A stretch of 64,000 nt of DNA, taken from positions 2,542,001 to 2,606,000 of the forward strand of contig NC_089434.1 in NCBI RefSeq assembly GCF_026210795.1. Direction: 5' to 3'. Below the pieces are notes generated by a model. That model did not search any database. It had not been told where the DNA came from and saw only the letters and a program-made list of their open reading frames with translations. A program made the translations under genes and the position numbers. Position 1 is the stretch's first letter. Every line of letters starts with the position of its first letter. Below are positions 1 through 12,910 of this stretch, piece by piece. Source of the stretch: Rhizophagus irregularis (lineage: Eukaryota).

Positions 1-1363
1 GAAAATTCGATCTGAATTTCTTATGGATCCATGACTTGTAAAATATTCTTTAAACATTATCCACTCCTTTTTTAAAAAGTCAACTAACTTATCGGCTCTT
101 TTTTTATCAAAAATATTTACGAGTATATTCCATTGTCTAAGCAATTTTTCCATCATTTCACAGTCGATCTGATCAATACCTTTATGAACATGGTTTTGTC
201 TGTAAAACATTTTTGGCTTGATAATTAATGGTGATAATGTACCGTTAATCATCAATTTTTGTTCTTGTCGAACACATTCTATTAATTTGTTACGATATTT
301 CAAATAAAAAGTTTCATCATAATATGAAATTTTTGCCAGCATCCAAGGATGTAATATCCAAATTTTTGGTTCCAAAACTGCAGTGTTCACTTCTAGATAA
401 GGTAGTCTTGGTTTTTCATCAACTATTGACAAAATATAATCCAGTAAAGGTCCATACATATTTGCTGATCTAATTGGTTCTCTTTCACCTTTATCAAGAT
501 ATCTTTCACGAGTCTCGAGTGTTATTATATAAGCATGAAAGAGAATTTCCTAAAATGAAAATATTGACATTTAACCTTATGATGATAAATTTTAAACTCA
601 ACTTCTTACCATATTTTGTGGCGATTTATTAATATATTCAGAAAAATTTTTTATTATTAAATATTTATTATATTGGGGTAGTCCACCTTCGGTGGTATCT
701 CTTGAACAATCTCGTATAAGTAATTTTGCGGCGGCGCGATATGAAATAGTTTTCGGTAACAATTTAAAGGAGTATTCTTCTTTCAATAATGACATAATAT
801 TATTATCTCTAGCATTTGTTGGGTGATTTATACTTCTGAGATAAGATGCGCTTCCCAATAAAGTCATCTGAACTTCTGTTAATACATCAGCTGTCACCGC
901 AGGTTTGCTTCCTATTGTGACATCCTAATTTTAAAGGAAAAAATTATTATAAAATAAAATAAAATATTTTTAATTCGTAATTAATTACCTCCACGATCCT
1001 CTTTTTTATATCACCATCATAAGTTTCTATGACATAAGCAAGAATATCAAAACTTAGATATGGATTGGTTAGTAAAGTTCTGTATAATAAACGTTGACTG
1101 TTAAAAATCTCATCTATTGTAGGTATTGTTTTTTCAACGTCACAAGCTTTTGTTGTCTCTTTTATTTTTTCTACAAGTTTATTAAAAATATGTTTTTTAT
1201 ATTCTGTATTATTTTTAATATCGGATAAATCAAATACTACTTCAGTTGCAAGCTTTATACAATTTTGTATTTTTTCTCTGTCCCAAGTACCGATCAGCAT
1301 TGTTTTCGCTTCTGAAAGTAACAAGACAAATTTATAAATTTGATCGATTAATTTTATATCCAT
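1..1363 (-). CDS. Multi-exon host gene, FANCF-like (runs off the window start)
   Basis: Exons 1363-989 (125 codons), 924-610 (105 codons) and 549-<1 join in frame across GT-AG introns 988-925 and 609-550. The N-terminus MDIKLIDQIYKFVLLLSEAKTMLIGTWDREKIQNCIKLA and the motif LLYRTLLTNPYLS resemble the FANCF N-terminus as I recall it (F..LL.......tWD...+..A; LL.N). Confidence 0.55.
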
Positions 1364-1654
1364 TTTAAATTGAGAAGAAAGAAATCTGAAGTTACGCGTT
1401 TTTTATAGCTGTATTACGTCATCATCTACATATCAAAATTTTTGGCGTAACAAGCAGTACTATTATGCTCCGCTGAATCTTTATATAAAAAATTTTCATA
1501 TTTAGTTGAGTAAAAATTATTGAATCACTTTTATAAATTTATTTTGTAAATTATTAATTTCTTATACTTTTATACTTTACATAAAAAATTGCTTTTTTTT
1601 GATATATCTGATATATTATTATAAGTATACATGTTGCCAAAAATATATTAGACA

Positions 1655-2330
1655 AATCCCAAATCCCAAATTAATTATGGCATCCCAAATGTACAAATCC
1701 CAAATTATTACGGCATCCTAAAATAATTATGACATCCCAACCCTGCAAAAAATCTGATCTGTGTTTTATCTTTCCATGTTTTTTCTGTGAATGTATCATT
1801 TTAATGGAATTTATAGCCTTAATCATGGAAATTTTATAGCCTTAATCATGGAAATTTTCATTTCACTAACATGGATATCATTTTTATGGAATTTTTACGG
1901 AAGACACGGAGAAATAATGGAAATATTCAGATAAAAATTTTTTATAGGGCAAATGTACAAATCCCAAATTATTATGGCATCCCAAAATAATTATAACATC
2001 CTAAAATAATTGACATTCCAAAATAATTATGGTATTTCAAAATAATTATAATATTCTTTTATATTTTAATTTTAAAAATCTATAATTATTATAATTTTAT
2101 AATTTTGATTCAAATTTAAAAAAATTAATTATGATATTTTAAATGTATGTCTTAAATTATTGTAATATTTCAAATTAATTATATCATTTTAAATTAATTA
2201 TAGCATCTCAAATTAATTACAACATTCCAAATTAATTATGACATTCCAAATTAATTACAACATCCCAAATTAATTATAAGGCTTTATAGTATCTCAAATT
2301 AATTATAGCATCTCAAATTAATTTATATTT
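1655..2330. repeat. Degenerate ~20-bp tandem repeat (CATCCCAAATTAATTATG-like)
   Basis: Many copies of catcccaaa(t/a)taattat visible at 1655-1740 and 1950-2330. Confidence 0.8.
1741..1949. mobile_element. MITE with CCCT...AGGG termini and 3-bp TSD (EnSpm/CACTA-like)
   Basis: Termini ccctgcaaaaaat / atttttttataggg; CAA at 1738-1740 and 1950-1952; it interrupts the 20-bp repeat. Confidence 0.65.
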
Positions 2331-3229
2331 ATTAGATTATTAAAATATGATTATCAAAAATATGATGATTTTATAATATGATAATCTTGTAATACTTATA
2401 AATATCTTTTAAAAAAATTTAAATTACAAAAAATATAGAACAATTCAGCTCGCCTTATAATGAATTTGGCGTCCCAGCCGATTGAATCTTTGTTATTAAA
2501 ATTCATTAACATTATAACAGATTATTTGATAAATATTACAAAAATCTGGTATAAATTTTCTGCATCATGTGACATTATAGATTATACAATATTTGTAATA
2601 ATTAATAAAATTAATTGAAAAATGTAAAGTTCGTTTATTACTCATTTACAATTTATTATATTATGATCTAATATTATAATAATTATAAAATATACTAGTA
2701 TCCTAAATTAATAATTACATTAATTAACTATATAATTATTTTTTTTTTATTAATATATTATCAATTTTAGTTACAACTAATCAAGCTCTGAAAATCGAAA
2801 GAGATGAATTTGCAAAAAAATAAAAGCAAGTACACAATATGAAAGTGGGGGGTTTGAGGACTGAAGGTCTGATCCCACTGAAATATTGGATGTGTAGGCC
2901 ACAAAGACCCCGGAAAATACTTATATAGGTAAGGTCCCAAAAATATTTTTTATTAGTAGCTCTAAGCATAGGTTTTTACTATGATCGCTAAGCATTGTTG
3001 ATATCTAACCTTAAAAATTATATAAAAATAAGCAAATCAATCTTCTAACCTAATTAAATTTTTATTTTAACACATATAATTTATAAAATATATTTATTAA
3101 TTAATATATTTTATTAAATCCAATTTTAAATATGTTGTGAAGCTAAACTAAACATAATATACAAATAGATTAACAATATTCAATTAATAAAGTTAATAAA
3201 CAGTAAAAGAAAAATTCGAAATTAATACT

Positions 3230-3800
3230 ATTACAAAAAATGTAAATTTCTCCATAAGTATTATACTTACACCCATAAAAATTAATATTTAGGTAGTTTC
3301 GACTTTGCTGAACAATTTTCAATTAATTTAGAAAGTCGATTTCATTTGACCAAAGAGGTGTAATTATGCTCTGAAGTTGTAAACGGAGAAACGAAAAATT
3401 CAGAAGTTAGTACCGTTATGAAAAATGCACTTTTCTCCATAAGTATTATACCCACACTCATGAAAATTAATATATAAGTAGTTTCGACCTTGCTGAACAA
3501 TTTTCAATTAATTTAGAAAGTCGATTTCATTTGACCAAAGAGGTGTAATTAAGCTCTGAAGTTGTAAACGGATAAATGAAAAATTCGGAAGTTAGTACCA
3601 TTATGAAAAATGCACTTTTCTCCATAAGTATTATACCCACACTCATGAAAATTAATATATAAGTAGTTTCGACCTTGCTGAACAACTTTCAATTAATTTA
3701 GAAAGTCGATTTCATTTGACTGAAGTGGTGTAATTACGCTCTGAAGTTATAAACAAAAAAGTGAAAAATTTAAAAGTTATTACCGTTAAAAAAAATATGC
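3230..3800. repeat. 185-bp tandem repeat x3
   Basis: ctccataagtattatac recurs at 3250, 3435 and 3620. Confidence 0.9.
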
Positions 3801-3975
3801 TTTTCTATATAAATATCATACTTAGCCTTAAAATACAAGTAGATTTAACTTGCTGAACAAACTTACTTAAACATAAAAGATAATTTGATATAACCAAAGT
3901 GGTGAGTAGTAAAATTATATTTTAAAGTAAAACATATTTATAGTAATTTTATTTAACAAAATAAACATGTATAAT

Positions 3976-4762
3976 TAGTGCTCCTAACAGATCGGTTCAG
4001 ACCGGATTCAGCTTAAATCTGATCCGATCTGATTTTTATTTTAATAGATCTGATCTGATCTGAATCTGATCAGATCTGGTTCAATTTGATCTGAATCTAG
4101 TTCGGATCCATTTGAATCCGATTTGAATCTGATCTGAATCTGGTTCGGATCTGGTCCTTGTCCTAAAAAAAGGAAGGGAACGTTAATTACGTTCCTCAAG
4201 TAAAAAGAAAAAAAACAAAAAAAAGAAACGAACTTACCATAGTTTGTTCTTTTTTTGAATCCCGGTCGTTCAGCTTCGTCTCACGTCCAGGTTTCCTAAA
4301 AAAAGAAAGGTAACGTTAATTACGTTCCCTTAAATAAAAAATAAAAAATAAAAAAAAGGAACGAACTTACCATAGTTCGTTCATTTTTTTTAAATCCTGG
4401 TCGTGTCATTAGGCTTCGTTCGTCCAGGCTTCCTACTAAAAAAGAAGGGAACCGTTAATTACGTTCCTTCAAGCAAAAAACAAAAAAAAGAAATGAACTT
4501 ACCTAGTTCGTTCTTTTAAATCTTGGTTGTCCGGCTTCATCCGTTCGTCTAGGAAAAGTTTTTTAAAAAAAAATCTGATCTGAATCTGTTCAGATCGGAT
4601 CAGATTTTCTTGTGTTATGATCTGATCTGATCCGAAATTGATCGGATCAGATTTTTTTTAAATCTGATCTGATCTACGGATCAGAATTTTGAAACCCGAA
4701 CCGGATCTGACTTGGATTAAATCTGCAGATCCAGATCAGATCAGATTTTTTTCGGAGCACTA
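3976..4762. mobile_element. Non-autonomous hAT element (short copy) with minus-strand micro-exon/intron units
   Basis: TIR TAGTGCTCC / GGAGCACTA; 8-bp TSD TGTATAAT at 3968-3975 and 4763-4770; subterminal GATCT repeats; same family as 8610-14081. Confidence 0.9.
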
Positions 4763-5459
4763 TGTATAATATAGTAATTTTATATTAAAAATAATACACT
4801 GAGTTTAATAAAAATTCAAAAGATACTATTGACAGATAATTAATAAAACATTGAAAAAAAAAATGAAATTTCATCAAAAAAAAATTTTTGTTTATAAAAT
4901 TGCGAAATGTAGTACAAAATTAACACTCACTGTTAGTGAAAATAAAATAAAAATTAATTATAAATTCAATATATAATATTTTAAAAAGTTATATAAATAT
5001 GAAAAAAAGCAACTAAAAACTCTTAGTATTTTAAAATAATACCAAAAATATGCAATTTAATTATCTTACATAGTATAAAATTTTCTTAAAATTAAGTATT
5101 ATAAAATTCTTACATCATAAAACTTTACTATGTTAGCTAAGCACCTTGGTACCTTACATATATAAGCATTTTCCGGGTCTTGGCCACAAAACGTTAAAAA
5201 CAATATCGATTTTTCTTATTATATTAGAAGAGCTTCTATCAGCTCTAGAATCTTAATTTTGATATTATATTTTTAAGCTTTGTAGGGGTTTGCCATCTTC
5301 AGAAAGCATATCAATTTTTATCAATATATTAGAAAAGCTTCTAACAGCTCTAAAATCTTAATTTCTATATCAACTTTTCAGTTATATTTATTAAATCTAA
5401 CAAAAATTATTATATCAGAAATTGATTCTGCGTGAGTTAACTCATTAATTATCATATTA

Positions 5460-6060
5460 ACTACTTAAGTCTAATGAAAATCATGAAAATAAGTCTAACA
5501 GTTCTTATTACCCCTTAAATAAGTCTAATGAAAAAATAAGTCAAATGAAAATAAGTCTAATAGTCCTTATTACCTCAGAATTAAGTCTAACAGTTTTTTT
5601 AAGTCTAACGAAAATTTATAAATAAATCTAACCAAAAAATAAGTCTAACCAAATAACTCTAACTGCCCTAAATAAGTCTACCCAAAAATGTGTATAACAG
5701 AAATGGTTTTAGGCGTGTTATCTCATTAAATGGCATATCAAATAAATAAGTCTAACAAAAAAAATTGTAAATAAGTCTAACTGTCCCAATTTCTCCATCA
5801 TAAATCTAACGAAAATATATATGCCATGTTCTATATCTATGCGTGTTAGCTTAATAAATGGCATATCAAATTATTAAGTCTAACGAAAATTTGTCCCAAT
5901 TCCTTCTGGTATAAGTCTAATGAAAAAATTTAAGTCAAATAATTGTCCTAAGGTTTCCATTAATAAGTCTAATGAAAATTATGAATAAAGAACTGGTTTT
6001 GTGCAGGTAAAAGCTCGTTATCTAGTATATTTTATATAAAAGTCTAATAAAAATAACTTC
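5460..6060. repeat. AAGTCTAA-motif repeat region (resumes at ~24120)
   Basis: Many copies of (t)aagtctaa; the motif reappears just right of 24085, consistent with interruption by the 6145-24082 element. Confidence 0.7.
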
Positions 6061-7473
6061 TGTAAAAATCCTGAAAAATTTGCAGAATTGTCCTAACTTT
6101 TCAAGCAAGGTTCAGCAATATCGGAAGATAGCAAATTATCAAATCACTAATCAAAAAAGGAATATTCAGCCTTAATACAATTTGGCCTATATTCGACTAG
6201 AATTAATAAAATTTGACTTTAATTAGTAAAGATCTATGATTAGACATATATTCAACCTAGTTGAATTATGTTAATCAAATATTACGCATTATGCATTACG
6301 TGTATTAAAATAAAAGTTCATCTTTTTTTAAACTTTTTTAATTTTCTTTCTTCCCTCCCTGCCCTTTCCCTTCCTTCATTTCCCTTTTCCTTTGTCCCAG
6401 TTTCTCTTCTTCCCTTTTCCCTCCCTTCATTTTCGTTTTCCTTCCTTCGCTTTTCCCTTCCTTACCTTTTCCTCTTTCCTTTCGTCACTTATCTCTTTCG
6501 AAGGTATACATATACTTTCAAATTTTTACTTCTTTTAACAAAACGTTTCACTGACATTTTCATTTTTTTCTTTTTAGATTTAAGACGCCCATTTAAAAGG
6601 CTCGGGTGGGCTTCTGAAATACAGAAACCCCAAAGATTTGTAAGTACGAATTCTTTGGAGTTTTTTTTTTATTTTTTTTTAATATGAATGGTTACTAACT
6701 GTTCTTTTTTTACTTTTTTTTAGATTCGGCTGTTTGGGTGAGCTTCCAAAGTATGGAAAAACCAAGTTTCGTAAATACGAAACTTAGTTTATTTTTTATT
6801 TATTTTTTAATTTAGTATGAACAGTTACTAACCATTCTTTTTTTACTTTTTTTTTAGGTTCAGCCGTTCAGGTGGGCTTCCAAAGTATAGAAATCCCAAA
6901 GATTTGTAAGTACGAATTCTTTGGAGTTTTTTTTTATATTTTTAATATGAACGGTTACTAACTGTTCTTTTTTTACTTTTTTTTTTAGGTTTGGCCGTTT
7001 GGATGGGTTTCCGAAGTATAGAAACCCCAAAGATTTGTAAGTACGAATTCTTTGGAGTTTTTTTTTTATATTTTTAATATGAACGGTTACTAACCGTTCC
7101 TTTTTTACTTTTTTTTAGGTTCAGCTGTTTAGGTGGGCTTCTGAAGTATAGAAACTCCAAAGATTCGTAAGTACGAATTCTTTGGAGTTTTTTTTTATAT
7201 TTTTAATATGAACGGTTACTAACCGTTCTTTTTTTACTTTTTTTTAGGTTTGGCTCTTAGGTGACTTTTGAAAAATGGAAAAAACCAAGTTTCGTAAGTA
7301 TGAAACTTGGTTATTTTTTTTTTGTTTATTTTTAATATTATGAATGGTTATTAATAACCGTTCTTTTTCTTTTTTTTAGGATCAGATGTTCCGAAGGACA
7401 GGAAAATTCCAAGATTCGTAAGAATCTTGGATTTTTTTTTATTTTTTTTTAAAAAAAATATTACAAATGGTTA

Positions 7474-7626
7474 GGGCAGTGACATTTATTACGTAATATT
7501 TTAGGGTGGGAGGGTATTTAAAGGTCATATAACATATAAGTGTAACATAAGATTTTTCATATTACATGGGGGTGGAGGAGTATGGACTTATAGTAAATAG
7601 ATATTACGTAATAAATGTCACTGCCC
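7474..7626. mobile_element. PIF/Harbinger (Tourist-like) MITE
   Basis: 26-bp TIR GGGCAGTGACATTTATTACGTAATAT; TSD TTA at 7471-7473 and 7627-7629. Confidence 0.9.
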
Positions 7627-7793
7627 TTACTAATAACTGTTCTTTTATTTTTTATAAATTTGGGTGGGCTTCCATATTTCAAAGAACGGGAAAATTCCAA
7701 AGATTCATAAGAATCTTGGATTTTTTTTTATTTTTTTAAAAAATATTATGAACGGTTACTAATAACCGTTTTTTTCTATTTTTTAGGATCTGG

Positions 7794-8079
7794 CACTGGT
7801 AAAAAAATGATTTATCCTACACATATCTTACACATATTGGGTACTTAAAATGTAGAAAATAAATGCAACGAAATAATACACATATCATGCAATATCGAAG
7901 GGTGCTAATATATATATCGTACATATATCAGTGCCTGATAGGTATACTATATATATAAGTACCTGATATGTGTATGATATGTGTATTATTTGTGTATGAT
8001 TTTCTACATTTTGAGTACAATATATGTAAGATATGTGTAAGATATGTGTAGGATAGACCATTTTTTTGCCGATGTAGTG
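7794..8079. mobile_element. CACT-terminal MITE with GATATGT subterminal repeats
   Basis: cactggtaaaaaaatg...tcctacacatatcttacacatat is inverted at atatgtgtaagatatgtgtagga...tagtg; probable 2-bp TSD GG; it interrupts an array exon. Confidence 0.6.
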
Positions 8080-9892
8080 GGATGGGCACTGAAAAAGGAA
8101 AACCAAGAAACCAAGATTCGTAAGTAGGTACAAATTTTGGTTTAATTTTTTTTGTTTTTTTTTAATATATGAACGGTTCTAACCATTCTTTTCTTTTTTT
8201 TTAAGATCTGGCGGGCTTCTAAAGAACGAAAAACTAAGAAACCAAAATTCGTAAGTAAGTATGAATCTTGGTTCTTTTTTTTTGTTTTTTTTTTAATATA
8301 TAAACGGTTTACTAATAACCGTTCTTTTCTTTTTTTAGGATCGGGTGGGCTTTCGAAGAACGAAAATCCAAAGATTTGTAAGTACAAATCTTTTATTTAT
8401 TATTATTACGAATGGTTTATTAACCATTCTTTCTTTTTTTTTATAGGATCGGATGGCTTCCGAAGAATGAAAACCCAAAGATTCATACGAATCTTTAATT
8501 TTTATTTATTTATTATTATTATGAATGGTTTACTAACCATTCTTTCTTTTTTTTTATAGGTTCGGGTGGACTTCTGAAGAACGAAAATCCAAAGATAAAG
8601 ATTCGTAAGTAGTGCTCCTAACAGATCAGTTCAAACCAGATTTAGCTTAAATCTGATCTGATCTGATTTTTATTTTAATAGATCTGATCTGATCCAAATC
8701 TGATCAGATTTGGTTTAATTTGATCCGAATCTGGTTCGGATCTATTTGAATCTGATTTGAATCTGATCTGAATCTGGTTCGAATCTGGTCCTTGTACTAA
8801 AAAAAGGAAAGGGAATGTTAATTACGTTCCTTAAAGTAAAAAAAAATAAAATAAAAATAAAAAAATGAATTTACCATAGTTCGTTTTTTTAAATCCTGGT
8901 CGTTCAGCTTCATCCTACGTCCAGGTTTCCTAAAAAAAAGGAAACGTTAATTACGTTCCCTTAAGTAAAAATAAAAATAAAAATAAAAAAAATGAACTTA
9001 CCATAGTTCGTTTTTTTAAATCTTGGTCGTTCAGCTTCGTTTCGCGTCCAGGTTTCCTAAAAATAAAAGAAAAGAACGTTAATTATGTTCCCTTAAGTAA
9101 AAATAAAAAAAACCTAAAAAAAAGAAACGAACTTACCATAGTTCATTCTTTTTTTTTAAATCCTGGTCGTTAACGTCTTAACGACTTCGTTCGTCCAGGT
9201 TTTCTAAAAAAAAAAGATAGAGAACGTTAATTACGTTCCCTTAAGTAAATTAAAAAAAAAACTTAAAAAAAGAAACAAACTTACCATAGTTCATTCTTTT
9301 TTTTAAATCCTGGTCGTTAACGTCTTAATGACTTCGTTCATCCAGATTTTCTAAAAAAAAGAAAAGGAACGTTAATTACGTTCCCTTAAGTAAAAATAAA
9401 AAAAAACTTAAAAAAAGAAACAAACTTACTATAGTTCGTTCTTTTTTTTAAATTCTGGTCATTAACGTCTTAATGACTTCGTTCGTCTAGGAAAGGGAAC
9501 GTTAATTACATTCCCTTAAGTAAAAATAAAAAAAAAAACTTAAAAAAAGAAATGAACTTACCATAGTTTACATATGCCCTAATCTATACCCTAACTCTAA
9601 TTTTTTTGAGATAACTCCAAATTTTATGGACCAATCATAACGATAGTCAAATCACCTGACATTATGTGGTAACACTAATGACGCCACTAATGACGCCAAA
9701 AAATTTTTATACATACGATATAAATTTTTCTGTTATTGTTACGAAAGTTAAGTGGTAAAAAAATATGGTATTAAGACTCATATTGAATTTTTAATAACCA
9801 GAAATTTTTATACTTATCGCATTTTTATAGATCTGTTGTACAATTTTTTATATGCTGCTATTTTTTAACGCGTAAAAAAACTGTTACTTTCA

Positions 9893-12143
9893 ATGTCAAA
9901 TTCTAAGCAGCAAAAACCTTTTGAAAAAGAAAATTACCCTATTTCATCTGAAATAATATACTATGGTGACCGAAAATTTACTTACTGTTGTTATTCAAGA
10001 AGGTACCTACCCACCAACTGTAAATCATACCGAAGCACCTAATTATTTTCCTATACCTGATAATTATATTATTAAAACTACCTGGGGTCAGGCTAGTAGA
10101 AGTCGTACTATTCAATATTCTATTTATTACGCAGAAGAAAAACCTCATTACCTAATTTGTTTTGGAGATAATTTACAATATCAAGTTGTTTTAGCTCAAT
10201 CACCATTTGATGCTTCTGTTGAACTGCACAAAGTAAGTTATTATTTTAAAAAAAAATCATAAAAGAATGTATTTTAATTTATACATATTTTATCAGATTA
10301 TAACATCAGATAAGAAGACTGCTGTTTCTGGAGTTTATTTTTTTGGACTTCAATTAAAATGCATTGATAGATATCGCAAAGGTAGACCACGCGAATTGAA
10401 ACTACATGAAGAATTAAGCAAAACTATACAAATTAAACGTGCAAAAGGTCTTGCGAAAAAAGAACAAATACACTTTGAGAATTCAATTAAAAACTTCTAC
10501 AATCCTAAAGATCGTGTAGTTTTAAGAACTTTGGATTTTACTATAGAAAATAAAGAATATCATGTAACATTTGAAGATGATGATAGTGTTAAAAAAAAAC
10601 AAAAATTACAATCAATGGCATATGTACAAGATATAGAAAATATACCTCGTAATGCATATTGCCATTTTGCAGCTGTAGAATCAACATTACCACGAGAATA
10701 TGCTATTTCTCAAACCCGTCAAGAGATTAATGCATGTATAGGAGAATTAATACCCATTAATTTTATTGATTTAAATTCTACTATTATACAAAAAGGACCA
10801 TTGGAAGAACCTGATATAACCGATCCATTAATTATTGAACAAGTTGTTAGTGCAACAGGAAAGGGTGCTTACCGAAGTGTTAAAAAAATTCTTGAATATA
10901 TAATACCATCATATATTAAAAAAGGAGTATTAGATCCTGCAATACCAACTATTCATCTTCGAATATCTGGTGATGGGCAGAACGTAGGATGAAAAGTGAA
11001 GCATGTGATGATTACCGTAGCACTATTGGATGATTCAATGAATCTTTTCAAGCCTGATTGTCATTATACAACCGTTTTATTTTCAGGAACAGAAAATTAT
11101 CTAACTTTAAAAGTTGCAGTAAATGCCCTAATTCAAGAATTGCAAGAATTAAGTAATAATGGAATGATTATAAACAATATTTTTTGGAATTTTGAGCTTT
11201 TTTTTAGCTCAGATTGGAAGTTTCTCGCTACCTGTTTGGGTTTTAATGCCGCAAACTCCAATTATTTCTGTCCATGGTGTGAGATAACTAAAAACCAACG
11301 TGGAAATAGGCAAGTTGACTGGGTGATTAGTAAATCAATGAGTATTTTAAATGAAAATCCAATAGCATACCCAGGTCATAAATTACCACCACTTTTCAAT
11401 ATGATTTTGCTTAAAAATCATGTTCCTGATAAGCTTCACATAATGTTACGTATAACCGACCGCTTGTGGGAGTTAGTTTTACAAGAAATCAAAAATGAGG
11501 GATTATTTAATGACATATCTCAGAATATTATAATCAAAGAGATGGAAAAATTAAAAATCCGATTTGAGTTTTAGAAAATTCGTGGTACTGAGAATTGGGA
11601 TTACACCTCTTTAATGGGGGATGATAAGCTTCATGTTCTTTGGAACTTTAATTTGGCAAAGTTTTTTAATCCAGAACGTGCTGCATTAATTAAAAGTTTG
11701 TGGAATGGATTTGCTAAGTTATATGACCTTTTAGGAGAAATAAAAACAGATCCACAATATTTTCGTTTAAAAGCAAAAGTATGGTACGAATTATTTTTGA
11801 AAAAAACTGTGATAGATCCTAAAACTAATAATATTTTAGAACAAGGACTTTATCGATCATCAGATGTAACCCATATATTCATGTTTTGGTATCACATGTT
11901 TGGGAATTTATGCTTATCCATAAAAGGTGGGGATTAAATGCATTTTCGTGCAGTGCTATCAAAAAAAAGAACCACAATCATGTTTGTTATTTTTTTAAGA
12001 AAACTCTCAAGAATGGTGGAAATTTTCAAAATAAAACATCAGCAATCTGCGAAATTTTGGAACATGAAAACTGACTTCTATTTTATACTCAAAATAATGT
12101 CTCACTTTCCTATCTAAAACCTCAAAATATTCACATTTTATAA
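9893..12143 (+). pseudogene. RAG1/Transib-like DDE transposase with N-terminal FYR-like domain (stops and frameshifts)
   Basis: Motif order LRISGDG...SSDWKF...FCPWC...PDKLH...LMG...H..VSH...FSCSAIKKKNH parallels the RAG1 core (SCDG, YDEK, CTLC, DALH, MNG, FHKTLAH, SEGNE). Intron 10233-10296. In-frame stops at 10990, 11572 and 12072. Confidence 0.7.
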
Positions 12144-12241
12144 TTTTAAAAATTTATCTTTGGTTAATATTTAGATAGAAAAAAATATCAAAACACTTTA
12201 TTATAGACGTATATAATTTTTTTTTCTATTACAATAAAGTT

Positions 12242-12910
12242 TTAAATTTGTTTCACCCAAAAACGTATATATATAAACCCTGCTTCACAATAATTCTCCT
12301 TTGCATCTCTTTCACCCTTAATTTTCCATTCAACAACAACTTCTCCAGGATTATAATTAGATTTGCGCCTTTTAGTGTTTACACCTTCAGTAATACAACG
12401 AGTTGCAATGGCTAATAGGTTATTTTTTAAATGCTGAAGTGGATCACTAAATAAAACAACATAAGTTTGTTGTTCATTGTCATAAAATTTTTGACCCCAT
12501 AATGGATTATTCAAGATTTCACTTAATATTTGATATCCAGAAGATCCTTGGAAAACACACTTGTAGACATTTCTATTACTATGATGATGATAAATATGTC
12601 CTTTAAAAATATTAAAAAACTGATGTTCGGTACAGGCAAGAGACACTAATTGACGACCTCCTTTTTTAAATCCATGTGGAAGTTTGCGGTAAATTAAGTA
12701 AACTAGAATACTTCTAAACTTTTCATTGTTTGTTTCTGACAAATTATCCAAGTCATTACGCGGAATATTATATTTTTTCACAATATTCAAATGCCGTGAA
12801 AGCCCACTTTGTTTCTTAAATCTTTTTTGACAAGTAGAACAGATAAATTCTGATGTAGATGTAGTAAAAGACGTTGTAAGTGAAGCAAAACTTGTATTAG
12901 TGCTTGACAT
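12242..12910 (-). CDS. C2H2-type zinc-finger protein, second gene of the transposon
   Basis: Open 222-aa ORF with FICSTCQKRFKKQSGLSRHL; convergent with the transposase, stops ~100 bp apart. Confidence 0.65.
   Translation of the reverse strand: MSSTNTSFASLTTSFTTSTSEFICSTCQKRFKKQSGLSRHLNIVKKYNIPRNDLDNLSETNNEKFRSILVYLIYRKLPHGFKKGGRQLVSLACTEHQFFNIFKGHIYHHHSNRNVYKCVFQGSSGYQILSEILNNPLWGQKFYDNEQQTYVVLFSDPLQHLKNNLLAIATRCITEGVNTKRRKSNYNPGEVVVEWKIKGERDAKENYCEAGFIYIRFWVKQI

Larger units (their letters stand above)
2906..5181. mobile_element. Non-autonomous MULE-like element
   Basis: Inverted termini gaccccggaaaatacttatataggtaaggtcccaa / ttggtaccttacatatataagcattttccgggtc; 9-bp direct repeat GGCCACAAA at 2897-2905 and 5182-5190. 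Confidence 0.7.
6500..8609 (+). repeat. Tandem micro-exon/intron array, family A (continues at 14082-14100 and 23081-23710)
   Basis: ~120-130-nt units: AAGATTC|GTAAGTACGAATCTT ... GAACGGTTACTAACCGTTC ... T-tract TAG|G. Confidence 0.85.

Noticed and set aside
6268..6687. ORFs in pyrimidine-rich leaders and arrays (also 8142-8387, 28495-28803, 50941-51213, 51812-52415)
   Set aside because: Low-complexity F/L/S/K translations that read through introns of the repeat units; not credible proteins.
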